Assembly (NCBI RefSeq): GCF_001194135.2
Contig: NC_068998.1
Coordinates: forward strand, 32,183,106 to 32,230,728
Length of the DNA: 47,623 bases
Reading direction: 5' to 3'
DNA from: Octopus bimaculoides
Lineage: Eukaryota
Made by a program: the position numbers and the translations under genes. The notes beneath the pieces are model-generated. The model did no database searches. It was given only the letters and a program-made list of their open reading frames with translations, and had not been told where the DNA came from. Positions 35,881 through 47,623 of this stretch are shown here, piece after piece (the first letter of the stretch is position 1; each line of letters opens with the position of its first letter).

Positions 35881-36519
35881 ACTCTATCCACTCCATTCAT
35901 CATCATTTGCAAAATCTTGTAAGTCTTAGTCCCTTCCTATTCATCATTGAATAAAAGCATTAGAGGTAAAAGATATATACGAGTACCTTAACCTTTGACA
36001 GAGAACCAAACATTTGACAGTACTCAACTGTATGATATAGTGGGCTCAAAGGAAGTTACAGTTGCCTTTCCCTTCTCCAGTGCACCAAATTATCTATTTT
36101 CATGCATTGTGCATATTTTATCTCTCTACTTCACTACTGTAGCCTACCAAACGCACCATCTCTCTCTCTCTCTCTCTCTCTCCTCCCTTTCTGTCAATGA
36201 TATTGTTATTATCATACTGCTAGTATCCCTGTTACTTCCCCAACTTGTGCATCCCTTCCCTCAGTCCTTCAGATGCTACCTACCTCCCTCTCCCACTTCC
36301 CATATCTCTTCCCTTACACACTCTGGCAAATCCCTATTTCCCACACCCGCTACTGCTCCTGCCACCTGAGGTACAACCTGGAGGTACCTCTAATTCATTC
36401 TCATACTCCTAAATGTCAGTAGCCATGTAGCTCCTACAAGAACTTGCTTAACTTCAGCCTCTTCCCTCACACCTTAACTCCCATCAAGTATAGAGAGGCA
36501 ACATCCGCCTTTCTCTCTT

Positions 36520-36742
36520 GGTTTATCGACTTGTGAGTCGCATGGTGACCTCAATAGAGCAGATGGCACAAAAAATAACCACCTAGTCCTTCCTGTAAAG
36601 TGGTTGGTATTAGGAAAGGCACCCAGCAGTAGAAACCATGCCCAAGCAAACGCTGGAGTAAAATGCACCCTACCCATGCCAGCATGGAACAAAGGCGTTA
36701 AATGAAGATGATAATGATGATGACAATAATGACAATGATGAA
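36520..36742 (+). mobile_element. SINE with RTE-type 3' tail
   Basis: 'ggttggtattaggaaaggcacccagc...ccatgccagcatggaacaaaggcgttaaatgaagatgataatg'. Confidence 0.75.
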
Positions 36743-37064
36743 GAGTCCACCACATTACAGAAGTAATGCATTCTAAAATCTTGCAATAACACAAATTCCA
36801 TAATGCCAAATTATTTTTTTATCAGAGAGGATACGTTCCATCAGATTTTCCTTCAAAAAAACAAAAAAGAGAATAGCAACAGCAACAACTACAAAAATAA
36901 AGCAGCATGACCACTTTTATGCTTGATAAAAGCAATTTCTAAACATACTCACTACAAATATTTGAAGAGAAATATGTTAGGGAAGAAATAAGTATTGTAA
37001 CATCATAATAGGTACTTTCTTACCTCAAAAGATGTTGAGTACTGTGTGAGTGAAGGTGGCAGTA

Positions 37065-37163
37065 NNNNNNNNNNNNNNNNNNNNNNNNNNNNNNNNNNNN
37101 NNNNNNNNNNNNNNNNNNNNNNNNNNNNNNNNNNNNNNNNNNNNNNNNNNNNNNNNNNNNNNN
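37065..37163. other. Assembly gap (N run) next to (TG)/(TA)/(GA) microsatellites
   Basis: Directly visible. Confidence 0.99.
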
Positions 37164-37164
37164 N

Positions 37165-37206
<42 letters not shown>

Positions 37207-37964
37207 GTGTGTATCTGTGCGTATGTAGAGAGAGAGAGAGAGAGAGAGAGAAAGAAAGAAACAGACACAAAAGGAAACAAAGAGGGACAGACAGATAAAA
37301 ATACACGAATACACTTTGTGACCCCCAAAAATATAAATAAACCCTTGAGTACAAACACAAGCACAGACATACACATGTACACACACACACACGCACATAT
37401 GTGTATCACGATTGTAAATTTTCAAGTATACTTTGATTTTAGCTAAAATGGCAAGAAGATGCCTTTTGGGTAAGAAGAAATAGTAATTTTTGAATTGACA
37501 AAGTTTATCTGAGTCTCTGTGGAGGTGAAATCTCATTACTTCAGACATTCATAATGTGAGATTCTTGTATATGTGTATGTGTGTGTGTGTTGTGTGTGCA
37601 TGTGTGTGTACTCATAAACATACACACACATATCAAAACAAAAGTCGAAAATTTGGTATATTTTTGACTCCATCTTACATATGTTTCTTTACAGGATAGG
37701 AGTTAAAAAGATATACATGTAGGAAAATGTATATAGTATCTCCTATCCATCGTTCTTCAGACAAAGATTCAGAAATGATACTAAGAATGTTGTTTCAGAA
37801 TCTTTGTCTAAAGAATGACGGACAGAAGATTCTATATATGTTTTTCTACATATATGCCTTTGTATCTTTTATCTTGTAAAATAACAAATGTAGCATGGAA
37901 TTTAAAATATACCAAATTTTTCCATTCTTTTATTTTGATGGTTGTAAATGTGCATCTGCATCAT

Positions 37965-38658
37965 ACAAATGAAGACATGTACCGAGAGTGACAAAAATCC
38001 AGCATCCAGTCAACATCATGGTGTCTGGAGTGATCATTAGTGATGGTAATGTTATGCTTTCATTCATCTTCCCATATAGCCTCAACAGGGAAGCCTACAT
38101 CAAGTGCCTGGAGGAGGTAGTGCTGCCCTGGGTCAAGAGGGTGGCTGCTAGAGGACCCTATGTCTGGCAATAGGACTCTGCACCATGTCACACAAGCTGG
38201 AGAACCCAGTCATGGCTGTTAGACAATTTCTGCGAGCACATCACCCCTGAAATCTGGCCACCTAACACCCCAGACTGCAACCTCATTGATTATTATGAGT
38301 TGCAGATGAGCCAGAGACCAACAAAACAAGTGAGGGTTGGCAACAGGAAAATCATCCAGCTGTAGAATATCAGCCTCAACAAATTCCATCTGAACCATGC
38401 AAGCATGGAAAAGTGGACTTTAACACCAAAGATGAACTGAAGATAAGGATTATGGCAGCATTCACCAACCTAAACAAGAAGACTGCCCAGAAGAGTTGCT
38501 GGAGATTCCAAAGTCATCTGGAGGCCATAGTTGAATAAATTTACTCGTTAGTATTTCAAGATACTTTTATGTAATTTTAGTAAATATATCTATTAAAATG
38601 AGATGTCACTGTTACTTTTCGAGCAATTTAGACGACAGTTTATTCAGAGCGCTTTGTA
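37965..38658 (+). mobile_element. DD37D (maT-family) Tc1/mariner transposase relic, 3' half
   Basis: HPVNIMVSGVI...LEEVVLPWVK...YVWQ*DSAPCH...WPPNTPDCNLIDYY with exactly 37 residues between the last two D; C-terminal NTKDELKIRIMAAF...RFQSHLEAIVE. Confidence 0.85.
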
Positions 38659-38959
38659 TATGTTTGAAGCTCCAATGAAGCTATCAGGTGTTACTCAGAC
38701 ACTCAACAATGAGTCAACTGCATCTTATGGCAGAAACAGCTATAAGTTAATGAAGTTCATAAGATAATCGTTTCTTCCTGTCATCTCATTTTTTTATTAT
38801 TGCTCTGTACTCGACTAACACTTAAGTATATTGAGTTGTACATCAGGTTATTTAGTCTTGCAATGCCTGAGTGAAATAGTAAAAGACTACATATGTATGT
38901 ATGTACGTGTGTGTGTGTGTGTGTGTGTGTGTATGTTTGTGCCTACCCTTATCTTCACC

Positions 38960-39182
38960 TTATGCATTGGTTGTAAATGTGTATCACCATCATGTAAATG
39001 ATGATGTTCATTTCCAGTTTACTGTGAGAAATGTTAACTTGCTAGCAAACGAGTGAGGGTTGGCAACAGGAAAGTCATCCAGATATTCTATATCTGCCTC
39101 AACAAATTCCATCTGAACCATGCAAGCATGGAAAAGTGGACTTTAAATGATGATGATGATGATTATGATGATGATGATGACG
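38960..39182 (+). mobile_element. SINE with RTE-type 3' tail
   Basis: 'gggttggcaacaggaaagtcatccag...ccatgcaagcatggaaaagtggactttaaatgatgatg'. Confidence 0.75.
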
Positions 39183-40389
39183 ACAGTGTATGATTATATA
39201 ATCAACTATTTCTTTACTCCACTCTACCAACTACTTGTGAAGTTCATCCTATAGTTATGTCTTTGTATGTGTGTTTGTGTGTCCCACAGAAGATCGTACC
39301 TGTGTGTGAGTGTGTGCATGTAAATGTGTGTGCATATCTAAGTGTGCATGTGTGTGCATGTAAGCATGTGCATACATGTAAGCATGTGTTTGCATCCACG
39401 AGCTGTGTTATTTTCAGCGTCTTTATTCTCCTTTCACCACTGTTTGTCAGTTCCAGTTTTTCTCTATCTTTCTTCATCTCACCCCACTCAGCTGTATCCA
39501 ACTCACACCCAGGCTCATGTTGTTCCTCCTACCTTTGAAATATAGCCCACTGTACCATTATCATTTTATAAGTTATAGGATAAAAAAAAAAAATTCTCAG
39601 CTTATTCAAACTGAAATTTACAGTCTAATATTAAAGAGTAGAAGAAAACATTTTAAAGCAAACTGCAAAAATATCCTAAAGGAATATATGAATAGAAAAT
39701 TTCAATAAAGATCTTTGAAAAACTAGGTATATAGTTACTAATTTACTAGCCTTTGTGATCTTTCCATATTGCATATGTTGTAAAGTAGGTGGAACAGGCA
39801 GTCAGCTCATTAAAACAAAATTTTTTGGAATGAAAGCATTTTACAGATTCTTAAATAGATATACTGTTTCTTGAATGTCTCAGTAGAAGTGAGATGTGGG
39901 TGTGCGCGCGCGTGTATGTGCATGTATGTGCATGCATGTGTGTGTGTGTGCATGCATGTGAGTGTAGAACTCAAAGTGGTCACTAACAAAATGGCAAGAC
40001 TCTTTTGTTAAAGCAAAGACAGTTCTTGGGGTTTGTAGTTATCGGAATTGGTTGATGTATGCATATATGTATGTTTTGTGTATGTGTGTGCTTGTGAACA
40101 AACTTGTACTCGTGGGTGTGTATGTTACAGTAGAATTCAAATGTGTTCTGTTGTGACATAATTGTGCATGTTTCATTACATTTTATGCATGTGTCTGCAT
40201 ACATATATCCTACATAAGTAACTGTGTGCATATGTTCATCCAGGAACCTCAAAATGAGAAACCTTGAAAGGTTTTATGAATTTTCATGATCCCTCTGATC
40301 AAACATAGCTGCAGAATGCAAATCAGTCTGCTCTTTTCTTTTGGGAGGAACCCAAGCATTTCTAAGCTTCTCCTCAGATTTGCTGTTAT

Positions 40390-40429
40390 TTAGCCCAGAG
40401 TACCTATGGTAATAGGTACTCTGGGCTAA
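40390..40429. repeat. Perfect 18-bp hairpin with 4-nt loop
   Basis: ttagcccagagtacctat-ggta-ataggtactctgggctaa. Confidence 0.95.
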
Positions 40430-40578
40430 TAGGAACATATGAAAGTCTATAGTGTGAATATCAGAGTTATATGTTCACCAGTTCTCCATAGATTTTCCCA
40501 GTTTTTGATGAGACATTAATATATAATGGACAGCTGATCTCTACAGTGGTGCACAACTTTTGTCCCATGCAAGTATGC

Positions 40579-40620
<42 letters not shown>

Positions 40621-40789
40621 CCATGTCTTCTGTGTCTTGCAATGTATGGCAAGTTTGCATGAGTTTTAGAATGTGTGTGTGTGTGTGTGTGTGTGTACAT
40701 GTGTGTGTGTGTGCATAGGCATTTGTACATAATTATGAGTGTTTGTTGCAATCTTCCATAAAAACATTTCTGGACTAAGAGAAAATTTT

Positions 40790-40927
40790 ACTGGAAAAAG
40801 GTGAAGCTTGGCAACAGGATCAGCATCCTGCCATTGAAAATCTACCTCAAAAAATTTCATGTGACACAAGCAAACATGGAAAAGTAGACATAAAAACAAC
40901 AGTGATGATGATGATGGTGGTGATGAT
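40790..40927 (+). mobile_element. RTE-tail SINE fragment
   Basis: 'ggcaacaggatcagcatcctgcc...catggaaaagtagacataaaaac...gatgatgatg'. Confidence 0.65.
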
Positions 40928-41619
40928 ATGTGTGTGTATGTGTGTGTGAGTGTGTGTACATCAGCATACACACACACACACACACACGTGCACACAGTAG
41001 CAACAAAATATAGAGTATATGTTGAGAATAAATAATAAAGAAAAATGGTTTTATTAATCCACTAAGTTACAGCTGCTTCCCCTGAGACAGTGAAGCATTA
41101 CTATGCAGTGAGTTATTTACTTCACTCTTTTTAGTTTCCTCGGAGCTTTTGAATCCTTTGTTTGGAAAATATCTTGTTTATACACATCTTCTCTACTGGG
41201 TGACCTGATTTTGTATAGATTTATTACAAGAGAAAATACTGTTAAAGATAAACATGAACTATAAAGCAATAAGTATACCCTGAATTCAAAGAACTGCTGG
41301 AATTTATTTTGTGGTTAGAAGCAGATAAGAGACTAATCAGCTGTGTCTAGTTAATCACCCCCCCCCCTTAACTATTAAAAGTGTTGAGCTGTTCCATAGA
41401 CAAGTGTGTCTTTAACTATACACACATGTGCACATATATATATGCAAACACACAAGCATACATCTACACACACACACACACACACACATTGAATGTCTAC
41501 TTTGTGTGTGTGTTTGTGTATGTATGAGAGTGAGGTTGATGTGTTTCTGTCTCCGTATCTCAACATCACAAAGCAATTGTGAGTGTCACCATCATTCAGA
41601 TAGTATCCTTCGTTCCTAT

Positions 41620-41775
41620 GTAAACATATCTGGCCAAGGCAAAATATTATTTTGTTTGGAACCTAATGGTGGCTGGTAATAGGAAAGGCATCTGCCCATG
41701 GGAAATTTACCTCAACAAATTTTGTCAGACTTATGCAAGCATGGAAAATGGGTGTAAAAATAATGTTAATGATTA
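41620..41775 (+). mobile_element. RTE-tail SINE fragment
   Basis: 'ggctggtaataggaaaggcatctgccc...tatgcaagcatggaaaatggg'. Confidence 0.65.
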
Positions 41776-43624
41776 TAATAAAGGATTCAAAGTTCTGAGA
41801 AATCTAAAAGAGTATAATATGCTCATTATGTCGTTGTTTCACTTCCTTAATGGAAACTGTTGTGAACTTATGAATCAATTACTCATTTTCCCCTGTACAT
41901 AACATATTAAGGTATATGTTGTTGCTGTTGATATATATGTAGAAAGAAATGCTGTCTCTGTGTGGATATTTATGGAGATATGTAAATATAAGTATATTGA
42001 ACTGTAATCAGGCCTTATGTCTGCTTTGGCAAAATATAATTGTAATGTGCATCCTTACAGATGGAGCTCTACTAACATGCATCACAAAAGAGTGGCATGG
42101 GAACTTCAGGGAAAAATGAAAATAAACAAACCCACCCTCTAGAAAAAAAATATATCTTAGGACTTATGCTACAAAGAACAAATGCCTTAAAAAAAGTAGA
42201 TGAAACGATGTGCCTGTCATTCTGGGAGGAGAAATAGCCAGATAGATGAAAACTCAAATATCAACAATAAATTATTTGTGTTTACAATCAATGTGAACAT
42301 GTAGACCCACTACTTGAATTTTTCAAAAATAAGCTAATTCAGAAGGTTAAAAATATAAAATTTAATAAGTGGAGGAGCACATTCTGAACTGTATGTGAAG
42401 ACATCTGACATTAAGTACTCAAAGTGATGGACTTCCATATTTGGGACCCTGATGCTTGGAATTTTATTGGATCTCTTCACATCCAGTGATGATAGGGCAA
42501 CATCCAGCAAGGTAATAAAAAGCCTTCCTATCTATGCAAAGACTTTGAAAATGAAGGCATGCAGCAATCCGCTTCCTATCAGCCACAAGCTCTGAATAAC
42601 CAATGTTATCTTGTTCAATGTGTTTGTTGCATGACAGATCACTAAAAATTTAAAAGTAAAATTTAGCCAGCACATCTAAAATTTAAATTTAAATTATTAC
42701 ACTGGACTATTTTCATGTAAAAGTCACTGGCATGAATTTTATTATATATTTTATTATACACTGTTGTTTTCGAGTTATTGGGTTGATGAGAATTTGGGGT
42801 TCTTTATATACATGTTCATTGCATAAAAAACAGATGAAATGAAATACAGTAAAGACCAGAGTTAATATAATCTTTCATTTTAAATATCTGTGGAAATACA
42901 TACCACATGAATCACAATGCAAAATTTTGTTATATGAGAGGTATTTTTGCAATATCATTTTCTGTAGACAATATGGAAACAGAATACATTCTAAAGAGAC
43001 TGGAAATTATTCTTTATAAAGAATTACTTTTACTTCTTTCCCTCTCTCCCACTTACTTGTTTTTTTACTACTTCCTTCTCTAAATATTTATAAATTACCT
43101 TGCCATATGTCTGACTTCGGATATTTGGTCTCTGTAACAGAATGCAATGAAATGTTCCCCTAATGATTCATTGCAGTTTGGCATCCAAATATTCTTGGAA
43201 TATCTAATGATAGGATTCCAAATATCTGTGATAGTGAAATGTATGCAGGAATGTAATATTTATACTGTGTGAATAAAACTGAAACATGTGCAGAATACTT
43301 TCATTCAGGTTTCCAAGTTAAGGTTCAGGTTAAAATCTATGAAACAGAAGTGTTGCATGATGAATTAAAAACATTAAAAGAAATGTACTTGAAGTATTCC
43401 TGCAATGCTAAATGTGTTCCAAGTAATGGTTTATGAAAGTTGTGTTTTGCAAGTTGCTTAAATCAAAAATTAGATAGAATATTTCAGTACTTGTTTCATT
43501 TCTTACCTAAAATTTTTTGTAGGCCACAAAAGCTCATGCTTGCAATTTAATTGAAGACAATTAGTATTCATTTGAAATGCTGTTAGACTTTGTAGTTCAT
43601 TGCCATAAAAAAAACTATAGTACT

Positions 43625-43800
43625 CACTGTAATATTGGTTTCAAATTTTGCTACAAGGCCAGCAATTTCAGGGGAGGGATGTTGATTACATCAACCCCAG
43701 TGTTCAGCTGATACTCATTTTATCAACCTCAAAAGGATGAAAAGCAAAGCTGATCTTGGTGGAATTTGAACTCAGTGAGTAAAGATGGACAAAATGCTCA
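43625..43800. mobile_element. SINE-like repeat, same family as 46845-47040
   Basis: 'gattacatcaaccccagtgttcagctgatactcattttatcaacctcaaaaggatgaaaagcaaagctgatcttggtggaatttgaactc'. Confidence 0.7.
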
Positions 43801-44753
43801 CTGTAGTATTAACATTTTATGTCATTTACTAGTTTAAAGTCGAAGTCCATTGATTAGGGTTGCTGTGTAGCTCATTTTAAATGGTAACTGAGAAAACTTA
43901 AGAGCTCATATTAATCATATATCTCCAGAATGATTTAACAAATTTAGATATCATTTAAAAATGTTTTATATTTGATGCTACTTTTGATGTTATGAGTGGG
44001 CACATTGCCAAGTTTTGGTGCTAAGGAGTGGGCCTCAAATCTTTGTGGGATGACATTCTAATTTTAAGGCATAGTTTCAGATAAAAATGTTATCATAAGT
44101 TTTTTTGAAGAAATTCATTGGAATAACATCAAAATCATATGATAATATAGTTGAATTACTAATATTTGACAGATCTTATTAGTAGGAAAAAAAGGTAAAA
44201 ATGAAAGAAATGTTTTGAATTTGAAACAGAAAAAATATCTTAATTTGAATTATGTACAATAAATTTTTAGCTCAAATAACATAAAATAAAATTGCTATAA
44301 AGAATTACAATTTATTATTCGCTTTAAAAAATAGACATAAGGAAAGCAAAAATTATTCAATGCATTTTCTGATAGACTTGATCTCAGCTGTCTAACAATT
44401 ATGTAGAACATGAAGAATTCTTACCTCTTGCCTAAAGTCAAACTCCTGGGAGGAACAGCTTGTGAAATAAAACAATTTAATATCAAACTGAATAATGATT
44501 CTGGCTTTGCGTATGGCAAAATATATGTATGCATGTTTGTAAGCATTTATGTATGTATATATTTGTGTGTGTGTGTGTGTGTGTGTGTGCTTAACATCAG
44601 CAGAAAAATGCAAATAAAAACATCCAAAAACCAAAACCTAAATACTGGTAATACATAAACTACTACTACTGCAGTTTCTGCTACTACAGATAATAATAAT
44701 AGCAAGCACTGCTCTTTCACTCAATAATAATAATAATGATAACAATAACAATG

Positions 44754-44786
<33 letters not shown>

Positions 44787-45441
44787 TGCCCTGATGCAGT
44801 GCCAGACAGTGGCTCTCATGGCTTCTGAGCTTAATTGATTGGAAGTGTTACCATGTACGTTGTTTTGTCTTGGTATAAAAGATGGGCTACAGCAAATATT
44901 CTGCTTAATACCACAGATTTGCTTGTCAGTTGTTTGACCTTAACCAGTTGAGCATGTCCCTTGGTGGCTGACGATATGTGCATCTCTGAAGTNNNNNNNN
45001 NNNNNNNNNNNNNNNNNNNNNNNNNNNNNNNNNNNNNNNNNNNNNNNNNNNNNNNNNNNNNNNNNNNNNNNNNNNNNNNNNNNNNNNNNNNNNNNNNNNN
45101 NNGGGGGGGGGGGCATCATAGCCATGTGTTGAAAAGAATTCTTTGGGGTTTGAATAATTCACCTTTGAAAACATGGGTGTTTTGTTCAACATCCTTAAAC
45201 AACTCTTATTCAGGGATCTTTTCAGTGGGATGGGCTACTCGACCTGAAGAAAATTCTGACTAGGCTCCACCTGCATGGTCATATGCTGTTCATCTTGATA
45301 TGAGCTAACCATGTCATGCACATATGGTTGTGATGCATGTGCCTGGTGTACCCTTATCAGACGGGTAGTCATGGTGGGTATACTGGGCTTTGTATATTTT
45401 ACCCCAGTGTCACTTTGGTGGCATGCATTGCTCTCTCACTC
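44787..45441 (+). mobile_element. Non-coding interspersed element embedded in (AAT)n, copy 1 (contains an N gap)
   Basis: Preceded and followed by (AAT)n; ends in 'ctctctcactc'; co-linear with 45495-45950. Confidence 0.75.
44993..45101. other. Assembly gap (N run)
   Basis: Directly visible. Confidence 0.99.
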
Positions 45442-45494
<53 letters not shown>

Positions 45495-45950
45495 GAGGGC
45501 TACAGCAAATATTCTTCTCAATATCATATATTTGCTTGTCATTTACTTGCGTTTCAACAGTTGAGTATGTCCCTTAATGGCTGATAATGTGTGCATCTCT
45601 GATCATGAGCAAGAGTAGTTGATGAGCATCATAGCCATGTGTTGAGTGGAATTTATTTGGGTTTTGAATAATCCATCTCTGGAAACATAGGTGTTTTGTT
45701 CATCATCTTTGAACCTTATTCAGGGACCTTTTGAGCAGGATCGGTTACTCAACCTGAAAAAAATTCTAACCGGGTCCCACCTGCAAGGTCTTGTGCTGTT
45801 TATCTTGATATGAGATCATCATGTTACACACATGGTTGTGATGCATGTTCTTGGTCTACCCTTATCAGACAGGGAATCGTGATGGGTATATTGGGCTTCA
45901 TATATTTGTACCCCAGTGTCACTTTGATGGCATGCATTGCTCTCTCACTC
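45495..45950 (+). mobile_element. Same element, copy 2, 5'-truncated
   Basis: Starts at 'gggctacagcaaatattc' (internal in copy 1) and ends at the identical 'ctctctcactc' plus AAT, followed by (GAT)n. Confidence 0.75.
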
Positions 45951-46139
45951 AATAATAATGATGATGATGATGATGATGATGGTGGTGGGGGTGATGATGA
46001 TGATATTTTCTAAGCTAAAAAGAAAGCCTGAAAAATCTTATAAACAAATGTCAAGAGAAACCGCTCCATGGTCAGTATTTCAAATGAACAAGGGAAGCAG
46101 AAAGATAAAGAAAGAATACATTAGTGCTTTCTCAGTTCA

Positions 46140-46790
46140 GAAACTGAGAGTTTTATAAGGGCAATCCAGGATCAATCTCTTCTTGCAACGAGCTACTAAG
46201 CAAATATTCTCCACAATGGTACTGACCCACACTGTAGATAATAGAATTGAAACTATTGACCACATTGTGGCTGGCTGCTTTAAATTTGCAAGAACCAAGT
46301 CCAAAACCAGATATGACTGAATAGAGCAGTACCTACATTCGAACGGCAGCCATCATTATGATATTCTCCTTCCTAAAAACTGGTTTGAACACTACCTGAA
46401 ACCAGTCACTGAAGGAAATAGGATGTCTACTCTATGGCACATTGCCTTCCATACTGACAGTCAGATATACACCAACAGATATATGCCAATAGACCTGATA
46501 TTTTTATTGAATATCATCAACAAAATGCCTGCCATCTAATAGATATGACAGTACCAGCTGTCCGAAATATCTTAGTCAAATAATTAAAAAAGTTAACTAA
46601 ATACAAAGAACTAGAGATAGAAATGAGCAGAATGTGGAAACTGTTACTCTATTGGTAGTAGCAGAAGTATTAGGTATGGTTAAAAATGTGTTTTCAATCT
46701 CTTCCCTTAAAATGCCTTGAAAATAAAATATGCTCAGTGTCCAGAAGATTGCACTAACCTCAAAAGCTCTGAGACCCAACTAGTAAATAA
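46140..46790 (+). mobile_element. Heavily decayed Dong/R4-type C-terminal fragment
   Basis: IRAIQDQSL, IETIDHIVAGC, RPDIF, CHLIDMTVP and KLTKYKELEIEMSRMWK parallel the fragment at 16223-17312. Confidence 0.8.
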
Positions 46791-46844
46791 GATGCCCTAA
46801 ACACATGCTAAAATACAATAATATTTTCTAATATAAGCAAAAGA

Positions 46845-47036
46845 CCTTAAATATTGAAGGAGGTGGGGCCTAATCAATTACATTGATCCCCAGTGCTCAA
46901 CTAGTGCTTATTTCCCTGGCCCTGAAAGGAGGTGAGGCAAAGTCAACCTCAGTGGAATTTGAACTCAAAACATAAAAATGTGCAAAATTCTATGAAGCAT
47001 ATACTCCAGCATGCTAACAATTCTACCAGCTCTCTA

Positions 47037-47040
<4 letters not shown>
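46845..47040. mobile_element. SINE-like repeat followed by (AAT)n
   Basis: 'caattacattgatccccagtgctcaactagtgc...ggcaaagtcaacctcagtggaatttgaactc'. Confidence 0.7.
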
Positions 47041-47098
<58 letters not shown>

Positions 47099-47184
47099 GA
47101 TGCCCCCGTTTTAAAATAGATCCATAATAATTATAATAATAATTATTATTATTATTATTATTATTAATAATAATAATAATAATA
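47041..47184. repeat. (AAT)n / (ATT)n / (AAT)n microsatellite cluster with a 26-bp unique insert
   Basis: (AAT)19 at 47041-97, insert at 47098-123, (ATT)8 at about 47142-65, (AAT)6 at 47166-84. Confidence 0.95.
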
Positions 47185-47623
47185 AACACACGTGTTACAT
47201 CAAAATCAAACCATCTTCGAACCCAAAAATACCATGTACAAAAAAATTACAGATTAAATAACACCGGTATTATTACACCCAAGAATAACAACCGAGAAGT
47301 GCGTACTGTAAGCTTGTTACGAAAAAAATACGAAGATCTGAACGTGCAAAACAATCTGACAACAGAAATAAACGAACCGGTACCCTACGAAAACGATGAC
47401 CGTCAAAATAAACGACCGGACGTTGTTCCTCATGTCCCGCAAACAAAACCAAAACGGCATAAATGGACACGTGAGGAATACATTTCGATACTATACGCCT
47501 ATTTCACAGCAGTGCTCTACCCAAAAAACGAAAACGCAACAACACATACATATAAAATATGGAAGAAAAATAATGTAAATATAGACCTCGATAAAACAAT
47601 GAACCTTAACAAACTAGCTAACA
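47185..47623 (+). mobile_element. 5' end of an apparently young Dong/R4-clade LINE (runs off the window)
   Basis: Stop-free frame 47185-47622: ...KPKRHKWTREEYISILYAYFTAVLYPKNENATTHTYKIWKKNN...MNLNKLAN, resembling the Myb-like N-terminus of R4/Dong proteins. CpG-rich and starts right after (AAT)n. Confidence 0.75.

Noticed and set aside
42425-42427. Selenocysteine read-through of a single TGA in SGGAHS...KYSK*WTSIFG...
   Set aside because: No start or splice support, no SECIS recognised and no selenoprotein motif.
42485-42595. C/D box snoRNA (GTGATGA ... CTGA, with 'gccacaagc' complementary to a 28S rRNA segment from memory)
   Set aside because: Only 9 nt of complementarity, no terminal stem and no clear C'/D' boxes.

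Overview
AT-rich, repeat-dense eukaryotic DNA with three N gaps. The repeat content (tRNA-headed SINEs, RTE 3' tails ending in (GAT)n, (TA)n/(CA)n/(AAT)n microsatellites) looks to me like an octopus or other coleoid cephalopod; this is inferred, not verified. I hand-assembled a phase-consistent chain of very small + strand exons from about 1.7 to 29.2 kb, encoding a protein I do not recognise. Its introns and the downstream DNA carry decayed transposons: two abutting mariners, Tx1-like LINE pieces, a Gypsy LTR element, a foldback element, a mariner MITE, an RTE LINE, a DD37D (maT) relic, Dong/R4-type LINE pieces and many SINEs. The most unusual structure is inside the Gypsy RNase H. It is a single insertion with a 14-bp target-site duplication, made of a head-to-head palindromic dimer of a unit reading tRNA-like Pol III head, (AAT)n, then a body containing a minimal hammerhead ribozyme relic. 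A Dong/R4 LINE fragment later appears to have inserted into one of its (AAT)n tracts. Also notable are a 195-bp intronic hairpin whose six transition mismatches are all A-C on the + strand, a candidate recursive splice site, and the CpG-rich, ATG-less 5' end of an apparently young Dong/R4 element at the right edge. All gene models and family assignments are by eye, with no database searches.
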